From: Pseudovirgaria hyperparasitica
Lineage: Eukaryota
DNA: 64,000 nt
Reading direction: 5' to 3' (one strand)
NCBI GenBank assembly: GCA_010093815.1
Contig: ML996565.1
Below the pieces are notes generated by a model. It searched no databases and was not told where the DNA came from. It saw only the letters and a list, made by a program, of their open reading frames with translations. A program made the translations under genes and the position numbers. This document shows positions 1 through 13,856 of the stretch, one piece after another; within the stretch, counting starts at the first letter, position 1, and every line of letters starts with the position of its first letter.

Positions 1-1139
1 CATGAAAATCCAGGCAGACTAGCGACGTAGCCCGCAAAGCCTGCTCTACTAGTGATGTTGGTCCTAGGTAAGACGTTTATCGAGCTGACTGTTGCTCAGG
101 AAGTTCTTTGGACCGGTTGCGAGCGTCAGAAGTGAATGAAGAGATGTGACAAGGATGTTGGTTGCAAGTGACGCCGGACGCCCCACAAAGAAGGGAAAGC
201 AAAGTTACCGATGCCGAACGTCGCAGCAGACAGCGGAGACGGAGAGACGAGGGCAGTGTGCGGTTGCTGGCCAGGTGCAGATAGATGCAGGTGCAGATGC
301 AGTACGGACAAGGTGGAATTCGAAAATGCCACCTATTATTGACCATAAATCCAGTGACATAGGAGAGCGTCGTTGGACACGTAGATGATAAGAACAACAA
401 TTAATTGTGCGTATTGTAGAGGGCTGAACACTGAATGCTGAATGCTGAATACTGTTATGTCCGAGAAGGCTGACATGGTTCGTAAGCATCAACCTACTTG
501 AGGCTCCACTGACACTACCTACCTAACTATTACCTGCTAATACCTACTAATACCTACCTACTGTGGACACCTGCGCAACCGAAACCGACCACTCAATCAC
601 TCCTGACGGCTCCATCCACCACCAAAAAAAGCCCCCAAGCCCCGTCGGGTGCCCCAAGCCCGGGTCAGCTTCTGTCGACCGATACACGACCGAGTATCCC
701 ATACCCCGTTCCAACATCTCTGTAATCTCGACAACGCCCCAAAACTTTCTTCCTCTACACCTACCTTTGTCGCCGTCGTCATCGTGCGCTCCCATTCAAT
801 CACTTCCTCTCCTTGCGACGACGCGATTGTCGCTCGCCGTCTCTCCCAACCGTGGCCACCTCTCATACCTACTACCACTAATACGTACATAACCTTTCGA
901 CCAGCCCGCCCCTGGTCCCTCCACGGTCCACCTAGCCGAAATAATTCGCCCGTACACATCTGTTCGCCCAACACGTCCATTCCGCCCTTCTCGGCATCCC
1001 TGAATGCCTTCATAAGAGCTTCTACAATTCCTACCGCCATAAAACTGGCCATCTAAGAGTAGCCCTACTCAATCCGGCCGAGGCCGGCGGTCTCTGTTGA
1101 CTATACACGGGCCTGTGTTTATCGTTGGAAAGCTACGCC

Positions 1140-4100
1140 ATGGCAGTCGACAAGTCACAACTTCCAGAGAGCGAGAGATCGAATCCTGTGAAACGGATAA
1201 GATGGGCAACGCATCGAATTCCGGGCGCAAAGGGTGATCGAAAAAGGCAGTCGCTGCTGGCACGCCTACCAATCCATAGCCGTTCCGGGTCCAGCGAAAA
1301 GCACAAACGCGATTCAATGGGTAAAGACTCTGAAAATGGGCAAACAAATGGAGAGCAGTCAACTTCCGATGATCAGAGCGAGTCCGATGGCTCTGTTGAG
1401 CAGCGTGCCATCTTCTTCAACATACCACTCCCCCCGAACGCTCGAGACGAAGAAGGCCACCCACTCGTCCGATTCCCCCGAAACAAGATACGAACAGCAA
1501 AATACACACCTCTCAGTTTTGTACCTAAAAACCTATGGTTCCAGTTTCACAATATCGCGAATGTCTATTTCTTATTTATTGTTATATTAGGGGTAAGTTT
1601 AAGATGTCATGATACTTGAAATCGGCTAATCTGTATGTTGCACAGTTCTTTACCATATTTGGTGTAGAGAACCCTGGCCTAGCAGCTGTACCTCTTATTG
1701 TTATCGTCATCATCACCGCTATTAAGGATGCCGTAGAGGACTGGCGAAGAACAGTCCTCGACATCGAGCTAAACAACGCCCCCGTTCACCGTCTAATCGA
1801 TTTTAATAATGTCAATTCTGCCGAAGATCAAATATCCATTTGGAGAAGGATAAAAAAAGCGAGTAGCCGAGGAGTCACATTCCTTTGGCGTAGGATGAAA
1901 GCGCTCACGTCGAAGAAAGAGAAAGGGAAGTCCTATGCAGAACGAGCTGTAGACCAAGGTCGTGCTTCGATTGATACTAAACGTGCCTCGATGTATTCAC
2001 CCCGGGCCTCCTTCCAGGCACCGCGAAACGGAAATAATGACGACGACGACGGTATCCAGATGACTCCCGTGCCATCGCCTTTGCAAGAAAACCATCCGTT
2101 CCCACCAGCTCAAGACCAAATAGGTATCGCTATCTCCGACCACGGCGGGCTACATCCGGACACAGCAAAAGCTCAATCGGAAACGCCGCATACGCGCGCA
2201 AACAACCTCCAGCCTGCAAGGTTTTACGGTAGCCTCATTGATCCTCACAAACCCACTCCTGACAAAGCCCGCTTCAAGAAAGATTACTGGAAGAACGTTC
2301 AAGTGGGCGACTTCGTTCGTTTGTATAACGAGGACGAAATTCCCGCAGATATAGTAGTACTTTCCACTTCTGATACTGATGGAGCTTGCTACGTGGAAAC
2401 GAAAAATCTGGATGGGGAGACGAATCTTAAGGTCCGGCAAGCTCTCCGCTGTGGACGCGATGTCAAACACGCTCGGCAATGTGAACAGTGCTCTTTCATC
2501 ATCGAAAGCGAAGGCCCGCAGCCAAATCTATACTCGTACAGTGGCGTCATTCGGTGGGAACAAAAAGATATACACGACCCACAAGCGCCGACGGTCGAAA
2601 TGGCAGAGCCAGTCACAATCAACAACCTTCTCCTCCGTGGCTGTACCGTCCGCAACACTGATTGGATTGTCGGAGTGGTAGTATACACAGGCGAAGAAAC
2701 CAAGATCATGCTGAACGCCGGTATCACTCCAAGCAAGCGTGCCAAAATCTCGAAAGACCTAAACTGGAACGTCATCTACAATTTCATAATACTGTTCTTC
2801 ATGTGTCTGGTGGCAGGTATCGTCCAGGGTATATTCTGGGCCAAAGATGACACTTCTCACTCCCTCTTCGAGTTCGGCTCTTACGGAAATAACAACGCGT
2901 CTCTGGACGGAACCATCACCTTCTGGGCGGCACTCATTCTCTTTCAGAATCTGGTTCCTATATCACTTTACATTACTCTGGAAATCATTCGTACACTACA
3001 GGCGGTGTTCATCTACAACGACACCCAGATGTACTATGAAAAGATAGACTACCCATGTACACCAAAGTCATGGAACATCTCTGACGACCTTGGTCAAATC
3101 GAGTACATCTTCTCGGACAAGACAGGCACGCTGACCCAGAACGTCATGGAGTTCAAAAAGGCTACAATCAATGGGGTTCCGTACGGTGAAGCGTACACTG
3201 AAGCCCAGGCTGGTCTCCACCGCCGACAAGGCATTAATGTAGAAGAGGAGTCTGCCCGCGCCAAGGAACAGATCGCCAAAGATCGTGTTAGAATGATCGG
3301 AGACCTGCGTCGCATGCATGATAATCCGTACCTGCGAGATGAGGACCTCACTTTTGTTGCCCCCGACTACGTGGCAGATTTGGCGGGTGAGGCGGGTGAA
3401 GAGCAAAGGCAAGCTAACGAACAGTTCATGTTGGCTCTCGCTCTATGTCACACCGTAATTACCGAGCGAACTCCAGGTGACCCACCAAAGCTCGAATTCA
3501 GAGCGCAGTCGCCTGACGAAGCTGCTCTTGTCGCTACGGCAAGAGATTGTGGCTTCACTGTACTGGGGCATACTACCGATGGTATCCTTGTTAATATCTT
3601 GGGTGAAGAGCGCGAGTACACAATACTAAATACACTCGAGTTCAACTCTACCCGGAAGAGAATGAGTTCGATTTTACGCATGCCAGATGGCAGGATTGTA
3701 CTTTTCTGCAAAGGCGCAGACAGCATCATTTATTCTCGCTTGAAACGTGGCGAACAGCCTGAACTTCGTAAAGAGACCGCAGAGCATCTCGAAATGTTTG
3801 CTCGTGAGGGTTTACGTACTCTTTGCATTGCAATGCGAGAGCTTGATGAAGACACGTACCAAGAGTGGAACAAGGAGCACGACCGTGCAGCATCAGCAGT
3901 TGAAAACCGAGAGGAGAAATTGGAGACGGTCGCTTCTGCTATCGAGCAGGAGATGACACTGTTAGGAGGTACCGCTATTGAGGATCGACTGCAAGACGGT
4001 GTTCCAGATTCCATCGCTTTGCTCGGCAAGGCCGGTATCAAGCTCTGGGTATTGACTGGAGACAAAGTTGAGACTGCCATCAACATCGGATTCTCTTGCA

Positions 4101-5927
4101 ACCTGTTAGACAACGACATGGATTTGATCACTTTGAACATTGAAGATGGAACACTACAGACTGCAGAGGCTGAGCTTGACATGCATCTTCAGAAATTCAA
4201 TATGACTGGCTCAGATGAGGAGCTTGCAGCGGCTCAGACCAACCACGAGCCACCTGATCCTCGCCACGGCATTGTAATCGACGGGGACTCCTTGAAACTT
4301 GTTCTTGATGATAGTCTCAGGCAGAAATTCCTTTTGCTCTGCAAACAATGCAAGGCAGTGCTTTGCTGCAGAGTCAGTCCTGCCCAGAAAGCTGCCGTAG
4401 TGCGTATGGTCAAGCACGGTCTCGACTGTCTAACGCTCGCCATTGGCGATGGTGCTAATGATGTTGCAATGATCCAAGAGGCCCACGTCGGTGTCGGTAT
4501 TGCAGGTGAAGAGGGCAGACAGGCCGTGATGTCTTCCGACTATGCTATCGGGCAATTTCGGTTCTTGACTCGGCTGGTCCTTGTGCACGGTCGTTGGTCA
4601 TATAGACGTTTGGCCGAGACGATTGCCAACTTCTTCTACAAGGTGCGTCAGATTTCATGCTCGGTGGAACGAATCGCTGATGAATATAATAGAACATCGT
4701 TTGGGTCTTTGCTTTGTTCTGGTACCAGATCTACGCACAATTCGATTGTTCGTATGTGTACGATTACACGTACATTATTATGTACAACTTGGCGTTTACT
4801 TCACTACCTGTGATCCTTATGGGAGTACTTGACCAAGACGTCGATGACAAAGTATCGCTTGCTGTGCCTCAACTCTATCGTAGGGGCATTGAACGTCTAG
4901 AATGGACGCAACCGAAGTTTTGGTACGTGATACAAATTTGTTCGTATGGGTCGCTCTAACATGAAATAGGGCGTATATGCTAGACGGACTTTATCAGTCT
5001 GTGATCTGTTTCTATATGGTCTACCTACTGTTTGCACCTGCTACCTTCAACACCGAGAATGGCCTCGGCTTGGACGACCTCAGGCGCCTGGGCGTTTACA
5101 TCGTGTCCAGTGCTGCAGTCTGTGTAAACCTCTACGTTCTCATGAACACATATCGCTGGGACTGGCTCATGCTCCTGATTGTCTCAATCAGCTGTCTGCT
5201 CATTTGGCTTTGGACAGGCGCATATACCACGAGCACATATGCATTCCAATTCTACCACGCTTCACAGGTATATGGGAGTCTCAGCTTCTGGGCTGTCTGG
5301 CTTCTGATCATTATCATGGCTTTGTTGCCTCGATTTCTTATCAAGTCCATTCAAAAAATCTACTTCCCTTACGACATCGACATTGTACGGGAGCAGGTTC
5401 GCCAAGGGAAATTTGACTACCTCAAAGATGTCGAAGGGTATATACCACCCCCGCCGGACAAGGTACACTCTCATTCCTCGAGCAATGTTACCAAGTCGGC
5501 CAACCCTCCTCAGAGTGCCGTGGATGAAGATCAGCGACCAATATATCCACCTTCCGTTGCCCCTACCGCCACGACGCACAACGCTCGTAGTCAAAATGGA
5601 AGTGACTCTACCAACTATAGCTTACCTGCTCAAAGGCAGTCGATCGACTTCAGTCAGCAACATCGACCGAATTCTATGATCGTCGACGAGCGGTTAGCGA
5701 GAATTCGATCATCCATGGATCGACCACGGCCGAGTTACGATAGGGCAAGAATGAGCATGGATCGCGTCAGACCAAGTTTTGAAGCCAACCGTGACTTCAC
5801 ATCTGCTGCCATGCTGACTCGTATGGAATCTAGCAATTCCGGTAATGTCCCAATTCGCGGTCTGGGCGGCAAAGTCAGCAGGCTACGACATGCTCTGAGC
5901 ACCGCATCGAAACGATCCGCAACGTAG
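1140..5927 (+). CDS. DNF1: P4-type ATPase phospholipid flippase (Dnf1/Dnf2/DnfA-like), 4 exons
   Basis: Motifs [23 protein letters not shown] (phosphorylated Asp), QSPDE, KGAD, LTGDK, GDGAND and C-terminal TM helices. GT-AG introns at ~1593-1645, 4643-4692 and 4923-4969 join the ORFs. Confidence 0.93.
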
Positions 5928-6961
5928 AAATGCCCTTGGAAACATTTCCTACATTTTCTTTGAGACGGCCTCTCCTTAACGGGCACCTTAGTATAATTGA
6001 CCTTTCACCACGACTGTATGTACCTACCACCACCCACATCGCCGCATAACCAGGGTCGGAATTCTCATTTGTCCTCAAATCATTGCCTCATACCACCACA
6101 TCGTCAGACGGCGTTTACACTACAGGAAGGCGTTCTTTTGTTCATGTCAGGCTCGGTCATATCTTTTGGACTCATGGCGAGCAGTTTCAAGGTGCTGCAC
6201 CGAGTGATTCTAGCCCGCAATTGTTTTGTACAAGCCAACTTAGTTAGGCAACTCACATTTCTAACAAATGTAACTTTTGGAAGCGGAAGACTTATTTGTA
6301 AAGAAGGTCGATGTAGATTGGGCGCTCAATCCCGAATATACTGATGAACTACGCGCCGAATTCGTGTGGCATTAATATATTGGGTTTTCAGTGGTGGATA
6401 TGAAATGAATGCCTCTTGCTACGAAGACTTGAGTGATGTTGAAAGCAAAAATAGAACGAGACCATGACGCACGCGACTAATTACTAAAAAACACGCTAAG
6501 CCCAGACTCTCGGATCGCCCAGACGCGACTGCTAATGAGCTACGCGGGATGCTCAGAAATTCGCCTAGGAAAGTTGACAAGTGATCCAACATGAGTCTTG
6601 AACCTCACTTACTTGTATGAGACTTTGATTGTGATCACCACTACTCCTTTGACCCCTTTGAAGCCGTGAGAGTCTAACGCTTGACTTCCTCTGGACTGGA
6701 CGCTTGAGCCCTAATGAACTTCGTCTAGTTCTTTCTCGATCTCAGTTGCTATTCCTCAACAAAGGCCTCTAGCTCACCTATAGGGCTTTCCGGACCGCTC
6801 AAATATCATACGCATCCTTATAAGCCTTCTCATAGCGCACTAAATACCCATCGCACACTCATCTCCGCCCGGAAGAATATGGCAGTGACCTGCAACTCGT
6901 ACTGGTGACTGGATACGGCAGAGCTGACGGGTACTTTGTATCTACAATCTTGCAGCGCAAC

Positions 6962-9900
6962 ATGGCAGATGTAGTTCAAAAATTGAAGTCTGTGACCCTG
7001 CATAGAAGCCTCTGATATTACGCTAATTACACCAGTATACTCGAATCCTTGCCTCGAAATCTACATCTCTTCTGCCCTAGATCTGACGAGGGGGAAGAAC
7101 AATTCTTCTATGATGAGGATCTCGGTGATAAAGTGGACACGGAAACTGAAGAGGCGCGAAATAAGAGAAAGAAAGCCATCACTGCCGCAGAGGAGAGACG
7201 AGACATTGCTCTAGGATGCACTCTTATCTGGGCATATGACGGGGATGATGCAGCTACGTACGGCCAAAAGCTAAAAGATCGGCTGACCAAGCAGTTGATG
7301 TCTTGTGAAGTTTGCATTCGGGTGTATCACCAGGGGCGGCAGACCTTGAAATCTCAACTTGGGGCTGACTACGGTGAAGATGAAGTGACACGCTTTCTAG
7401 AAGTATTTGACGATATCAGTATACACCGCATCACAGAAGGTCTGGGGCTTGCTGCACGAGAAATAAGCAACTTACCACCCGAGAAACATCACATCAATTA
7501 TCTCAGCCAGCAAGCATTATTCTCAGTCTTTGAAGCCCTCAGTTCCCCTGAGTTTCTCACAGACGAGAAAGCCATGTCTGAACACTTTGACGATGTCTTC
7601 AAACAGGTACAGACAAAGAGACGTTTAAAGCTCAATGTCTTTGTCCCAGCTATGACAACTTTTTTGTTTAGTTCAAACGATGCCCGGGCGGAATGGGCGA
7701 TATTCACCTGGACAAAAATGAAGCGGTCACCCACTAAACTCGAATTTGACTGGGCAATCCGAACTCCACTGCACAAGGCTATGTTGCACGTCCAAATGTA
7801 TTGCCTTGAGGTTCCATTCTTGCCTGCGTTCTGGCAGGGCGCTCGCCTCATAATAGAGCGCTTGAAAAAGGACCTCATAACTCATTCCTTGCGTGCACTT
7901 GATATCGACATATACAGACTTGCACTCGAGCATCTCTCTGTCGATTCAGATTGTTTTCCTGAGCTGATTGGAGCGATCAAAGTCCTGCTTGTGAAGTCAC
8001 CGAAGGACTTTTGGGAGGCTATGGGAGCTGTGTCAACGAGCACGTTTGCAGAACAAATCTTTAAGAATAAATACCTTAATCGACAGCTCTTAGGGACTCT
8101 CGACTCGCGGAAGCTCGGGGAGTATTTTGGATGGGTTCAGCCCGTCATAGAGTCGATCAAACCTACAAACCTAGGACCTCTTTGCGACACACTGGCCTCG
8201 CAATTCCTTGGACGCTTTCAGTCTGACGAATTTGCGCACAGCTGCAGGTCTCATTGCCAACTTGAAGGTATGACCGTCCTCCTCTTGTGCTTGGAGGCTA
8301 TGAATAAGACATTCCCACCAATTTCAAGCACACCCGGGGTTCTTGGAAACGCAAGTGTAGCACATGCCCTCAGAATCGTGGATTCTCATGCACATGTCAT
8401 ACTCGAGACTATCAGCGGGAACAATGTGCGAGGTGATATGCTGAGTTTTGGCCTAAATGTCGTAGAAGAAGCTATACGTTTGGACTGTTTATCGTTGAAG
8501 GCAACAGGTCGGCAACTAGAACAAGGAAAGCCTACCGATGCTGTAATTGACAAGAATGACACTCTTGTCTGGAAGCCAGTGGTAGCTGCCATCAAGGAGC
8601 CTCAGATTGGACTGCCGGGAAGAACTCTTCTCGGCTCATCTATCCTTGTCGGATTGGAACCATTCAAAAAGAAGAACCCGTCTGAAATGACTAAAGAGAT
8701 GAGACAATTTAACGATAAGTTTGACACACTCTCTCAGCACATCTGTGATGTCTTATACAAGCTCAGCGAGTTTTCGCCATCTCATCTTGATCATCTTTTC
8801 GAGGATTCAGAGCTTGCATCTGGCGTACTGTCTCATCTCTTTTCTTCTGGTACAGAGCCTTACCAAGGAGTTGTAGAGTTGATGAAAGTTGTTAGCGGTA
8901 AAGACACGCGCAGCGAAGCCTTGAATCATTTTCTCCAGGCCTTTTATTCGAACACAGTCTCTTGTATCTCGGGGAACTTGAAGCGCATTATTGACAGCCA
9001 GGTTTTCGCCCCAACTCCAACACTCCTTAAGATATGCGCCGATATGGTAGAAAACCTTTGCAACTCCCAAAATGGTCTTCTCCGATCACAGCCACTTTCT
9101 CGCGAGGAGGCTACTGCCACGGAAACGTTCTGGAGGTCACTCTGGAGTTCCTTGCTGATGATATTTGAACGAACAGAGCAATGGAGTCAGCTCGGTTATG
9201 ATAAGAACATGATGATCGAATATTGCCGCGATACCATGCAGCTGGCGGAGGACGTCTTTGACCAGTACAGCATATTTGTTTCTGCAATTGCCGCTGCCAC
9301 AAGCTCCGAGAAAAAGGATGTCCACCGTCGCCTCATATTTGGGCCTACCAGAACGTACAAAGCCATGGTGAAATGGCTCCGTCTTCGCGATGAGTTTCTC
9401 ATTACGAAGTCTGTCAGTTTGACCAGCAAATTGCTCAGAAGATTAAAGGGTGGCTCAGTCGAAGTTGACGATCGCCCTCTCATATACGTCGGAGAAGTCA
9501 TCACTGGAGTTATCAAGTCAAACCTAAGTGCCATACAGAAAGTTGAGATCCAAACAGCTCTAGAGGCCTACTATGGGAAGCCGTTCCAAGCCCCCCAGGA
9601 TGAGATAGCGAGGAATCATAAACAAAAAACCATTGGCTCCTTCTTCAAGTCAGAGCCGAGATTTAGTGAAAGCAGGGCTGCTTCTACAGTCTCATCTGAC
9701 AATGAAGATTTCAGTGGTATTGCGGCCTACCGGGCGAAGGAGGCCCAGAGGAAGAAAAGTGCCGCGCTTCCGACTCGGCCTTCAAAATTGAAAGAGACTA
9801 CACAATCAGAGTTCATGAAAAAACGACAAGCTGAGAAACAGGCACAGGAGAGGCAGAGGGCTGCGGCCATTGCAAAAGCTCGTCAGAGCAGCACAAAGTC

Positions 9901-12856
9901 GGTTGAAAAGGGTACTGGAATATATGTTTCGTCTGAGAGCGAAGGAGATGATGAACTTGATGCAGCACTTTTTGGTATCTCGAAAAAGCCCAAGAAGGAG
10001 AGGATCACACCTGACAACAAACTTCGGGATACCATGGCCGGGCTTCCGCAGGGGCCGATTAAGGTGCAGAAACGTGTGCGCTCAGCGAAAGACATGCGTG
10101 CACGGTTGGCACCCGATTTGTCACCTCTACACAAAGAGATCCTCGGCTGGGACTATTTTCATGACGGCGACTTTCCTCCCAAGTCCGAATCCGACCTTTA
10201 TCAGCAAGTGTCTGATTCCTTCGATGAGCCATCTGCTTATACGAATGCATTCCGACCATTACTCCTATTAGAGGCCTGGCAAGGATTTGTCAAAGCACGG
10301 GAAGAGGGAGGTTTCAAGGCGTATGAGATCAAGGTCGTCACTCGATCTAGTGTAGACGCTTTCCAAGAGTTCAGTACGACCATGAGTCAAAATGTCCACA
10401 AGGATGTTGGTCTGTCTGAAGGAGACGTTGTATTGTGCTCGAAAGATAGTAATCCTTCTGAGGCGGCTCATGCAGCACATTGCCTTGCACGGGTGTATCG
10501 AATGAAGCGTCAAAAGGGTATGTTGGAAGTGTCATACAGGGTCTTACCTGGAAATAAACTCCAGTCCAGCCTCAATCCAGGGAGTCTTATATGGGCCGTC
10601 AAAGTCCAGTCGATCACTCCACTTGAGCGTGAGTTCGGCGCTCTATCGGGTCTACAGTTTTACGACCTATGCGACGAGATTATCCAGGCGAAGCCTTCCC
10701 CGCTACTGTCTTATAGTGACAAGATTCTTCGGCCCATTATGAGCAACTATACGGTAAACACAGCGCAAGCTAAAGCAGTACAATCAGCGATCGACAACGA
10801 CGCTTTTACACTCATACAAGGGTAAATTCCTCGATACTACCTTACCAGTATTCATATAGACTGACTTTGATGCAGGCCTCCCGGATCTGGGAAGACCAAA
10901 ACAATTGTAGCGATTGTTGGTGCACTTCTTAGTGAGAACGGTTCCGCGCGACCAAAGACCATTACAGCGTCGGCGACGAATGGTAGTTTACCACAGCGAA
11001 GTCTCAACACGGTTGCGAAAAAGCTACTCGTCTGTGCACCCAGTAATGCTGCAGTGGATGAATTAGTAATCCGATTTAAAGATGGTATCAGGAGCATGTC
11101 GGGTCAGCATCGTAAAGTGAATGTTGTGCGATTGGGTCGCTCCGACGCTATAAACGCGAGCATCAAGGATGTGACTCTAGATGAGCTTGTCAGCGCAAAA
11201 CTTGGGGTCACAGCTAATACTAAGGGTCGGGAAGACGGACAGAAAGTCTTCAAGGAACACTCGGAGATCTCTGCGAAACTGCGTGAAGCACGTTTGGATT
11301 TGGACAAGGTAGACACCGGAGAAATCAAAGGAGATGAGGCCAAGAAGGCCAAGGACAATTTTGATAATCTGCGGCGCAGGAAAGCTCAGCTTTCAAATCA
11401 GATTGAGAGCTTCAAAGACGCTGAAAAAAATCTTGGTCGCGAGGCTGAACTGAATCGAAAACGTGCGCAACAGCAGGTACTAGACGAAGCACACATAATC
11501 TGCGCCACGCTTAGCGGAAGTGGACACGACATGTTCCAGAGTCTCAGTATTGAATTTGAGACTGTCGTCGTGGACGAAGCCGCCCAATGCGTAGAGATGA
11601 GTGCCATCATTCCTCTCAAGTACGGGTGCTCTAAATGTATATTGGTGGGCGATCCCAAACAACTTCCTCCCACCGTGTTTTCGAAGCAAGCATCACGTTT
11701 CCAGTACGAACGAAGTCTCTTTGTCAGAATGCAGGGTAATCACCCCGACGCCGTCCACCTTCTAGATACTCAGTATCGTATGCATCCGGAGATCAGCGCA
11801 TTTCCTAGCGCTAGTTTCTATGACGGGAGGCTTCTGGATGGCGCAGATATGGCATCTCTTCGTAAACGACCTTGGCATGATAACCCTATCCTCGGTCCTT
11901 ACAGATTTTTCGACGTCAAAGGGCAGCACTCGGCAGCACCAAAAGGTCACTCGCTCATCAACATCGAGGAGATTAATTTTGCGCTTCAACTATACGATAT
12001 GCTCAACACCACCTACCGCGGAGGCTTTGATATCAGGGGAAAGGTCGGCATTATTACGCCTTACAAAAGCCAATTGCGTGAGCTCAAGTCTCGATTCTCC
12101 CGGCGCTATGGGGAAGAGATCTTGGAGAATGTGGAGTTCAACACCACCGATGCATTCCAAGGTAGGGAGAGCGAGATTATTATATTCTCATGTGTGCGAG
12201 CATCTCCTTCTGGAGGTGTTGGTTTCTTGCAGGACATCCGCCGCATGAACGTTGGTTTAACACGTGCGAAATCATCTCTGTGGGTACTGGGAAATTCACA
12301 GTCACTTTCACGAGGCGAGTACTGGAATAAACTCCTGCATGATGCCAAAAAACGAGATCGCTATACGGACGGCAACCTGGCCCAGGCTATCAAGTCAGCT
12401 GAGTCAAAGTCGGCAAAAGGAAATCATTCGCAAGAAACGCTCCCGAATGCATCAGGCGATGGTCAGGCTAGAGCACTCTACAAGTCTACTCTACCAAAAA
12501 GTGATAGTTTATCTCATCGTTCCAGTGAGACTAGTATGCAGTCTGCCAAAATCAAGAAGGAAAACAAGAATGTCGAGAAAAGAGAGCCTTCCCTGGGCGA
12601 CCATGACAACAAGCCTGCAAGAATCAAAACCGAGGCTAGATCCGAATCACCCATGGATATCGACATCTTGAGTGATCTTAACTCGCATCTCGCTGGAGGT
12701 GCTAGTGAAGCAGGAGTGAAGCAGGATGTTCCCGAGCCGAAAATCAAGACTGAGCAAAATCAAAATCAACTCACCCGACCACGGGTACTAATTAAAAAGC
12801 GGAAGGACGTTGATCCTTTCATGCCGAAGCAAAACAAGAAGCCAAGGCCCACTTGA
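6962..12856 (+). CDS. SEN1: Sen1/senataxin SF1B RNA/DNA helicase
   Basis: Long helical N-terminal domain, QG|PPGSGKT split by intron ~10822-10875, CAPSNAAVDE, DEAAQ, GDPKQLPP, QYRMHP, DAFQGRE, NVGLTRAK and a basic C-terminus. First intron 6988-7035 restores the frame from ATG 6962. Confidence 0.95.
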
Positions 12857-13856
12857 TAATAGATTTATTGTGGTCAACAGTGACATGTCAAAAGCATTAG
12901 TGGAATAACTTGGCAGCATCTTGAGGCGTTCTGGACTTGATATTGGTGTCATTAGGTCACGACTGCGTACAGTACTTACAGATCGAGATGTCATTCAGGC
13001 TGCATCGTAAATTCCCATTGGCCATAATAAGCTAGAATTAGCTCATTTAGGACTCTACCATACCCCTTGCAACGATAGTGTAGCTAGAGTCCATAGTCAG
13101 AAGGGGCTTATCACACGCCGGTATAATGCGTCACCGTTGTGTTGCTCTGTCGCGAGCATCACTGCAAAAGCGCCAACCACTCAAGTTTCCCTGACATATA
13201 GATACCTTCACCTTTCCGAGTGAAGTTTGTTCGTATAGAGTACATCTTGTCGGTCTATATACTCAAGTTGCCTCTTTCTCGATGGTCATTGACAGCCAAA
13301 ACTGCTTTCCACTAGCCCCTGAATCCGTAGAGGAAAATATTTGAGGTCTGATGTACTCGTCGTGGCAGTTCTTCAAACTGGCCTCTCTTGATTCTTCCTT
13401 TCCTCGTGTTCTACTCAATCAGGCGAATATTTCGCATGACTTGCTCCGTTTCGCTTGCTCTAGCGATTTCTTCACTCTGGCCACCTCTTCACTCAAGCAT
13501 GACCTACCCATCGAAGTCGAATCTGTTCTACCGTGCATCAATACCCTCCCATGAGTCAGGATAGTCACGTTATATGGCATGAGCCGGTAAGGTAGCTTCT
13601 GTAGGAGCGGTCTGTCGCTTCAATAAGTGAACTACTGAAGCGGAATCTCTGAGAGGTGCGAAAGTGAATAGGAACAACCGGGTATGCGTTGTCCACGCTA
13701 AAGGCTGTGCTCCGTTCCAGTGAACTCGCTCGTCCACCTGTACCTGGTTCATTTAGCTACCTGCGACTTCATCCTTTCGATCTGACAACTATACTCACTT
13801 TTCAATCATAATCTTCATTCGTCCCATTGGTGTACTTGACAACGACTCAGACTAAG

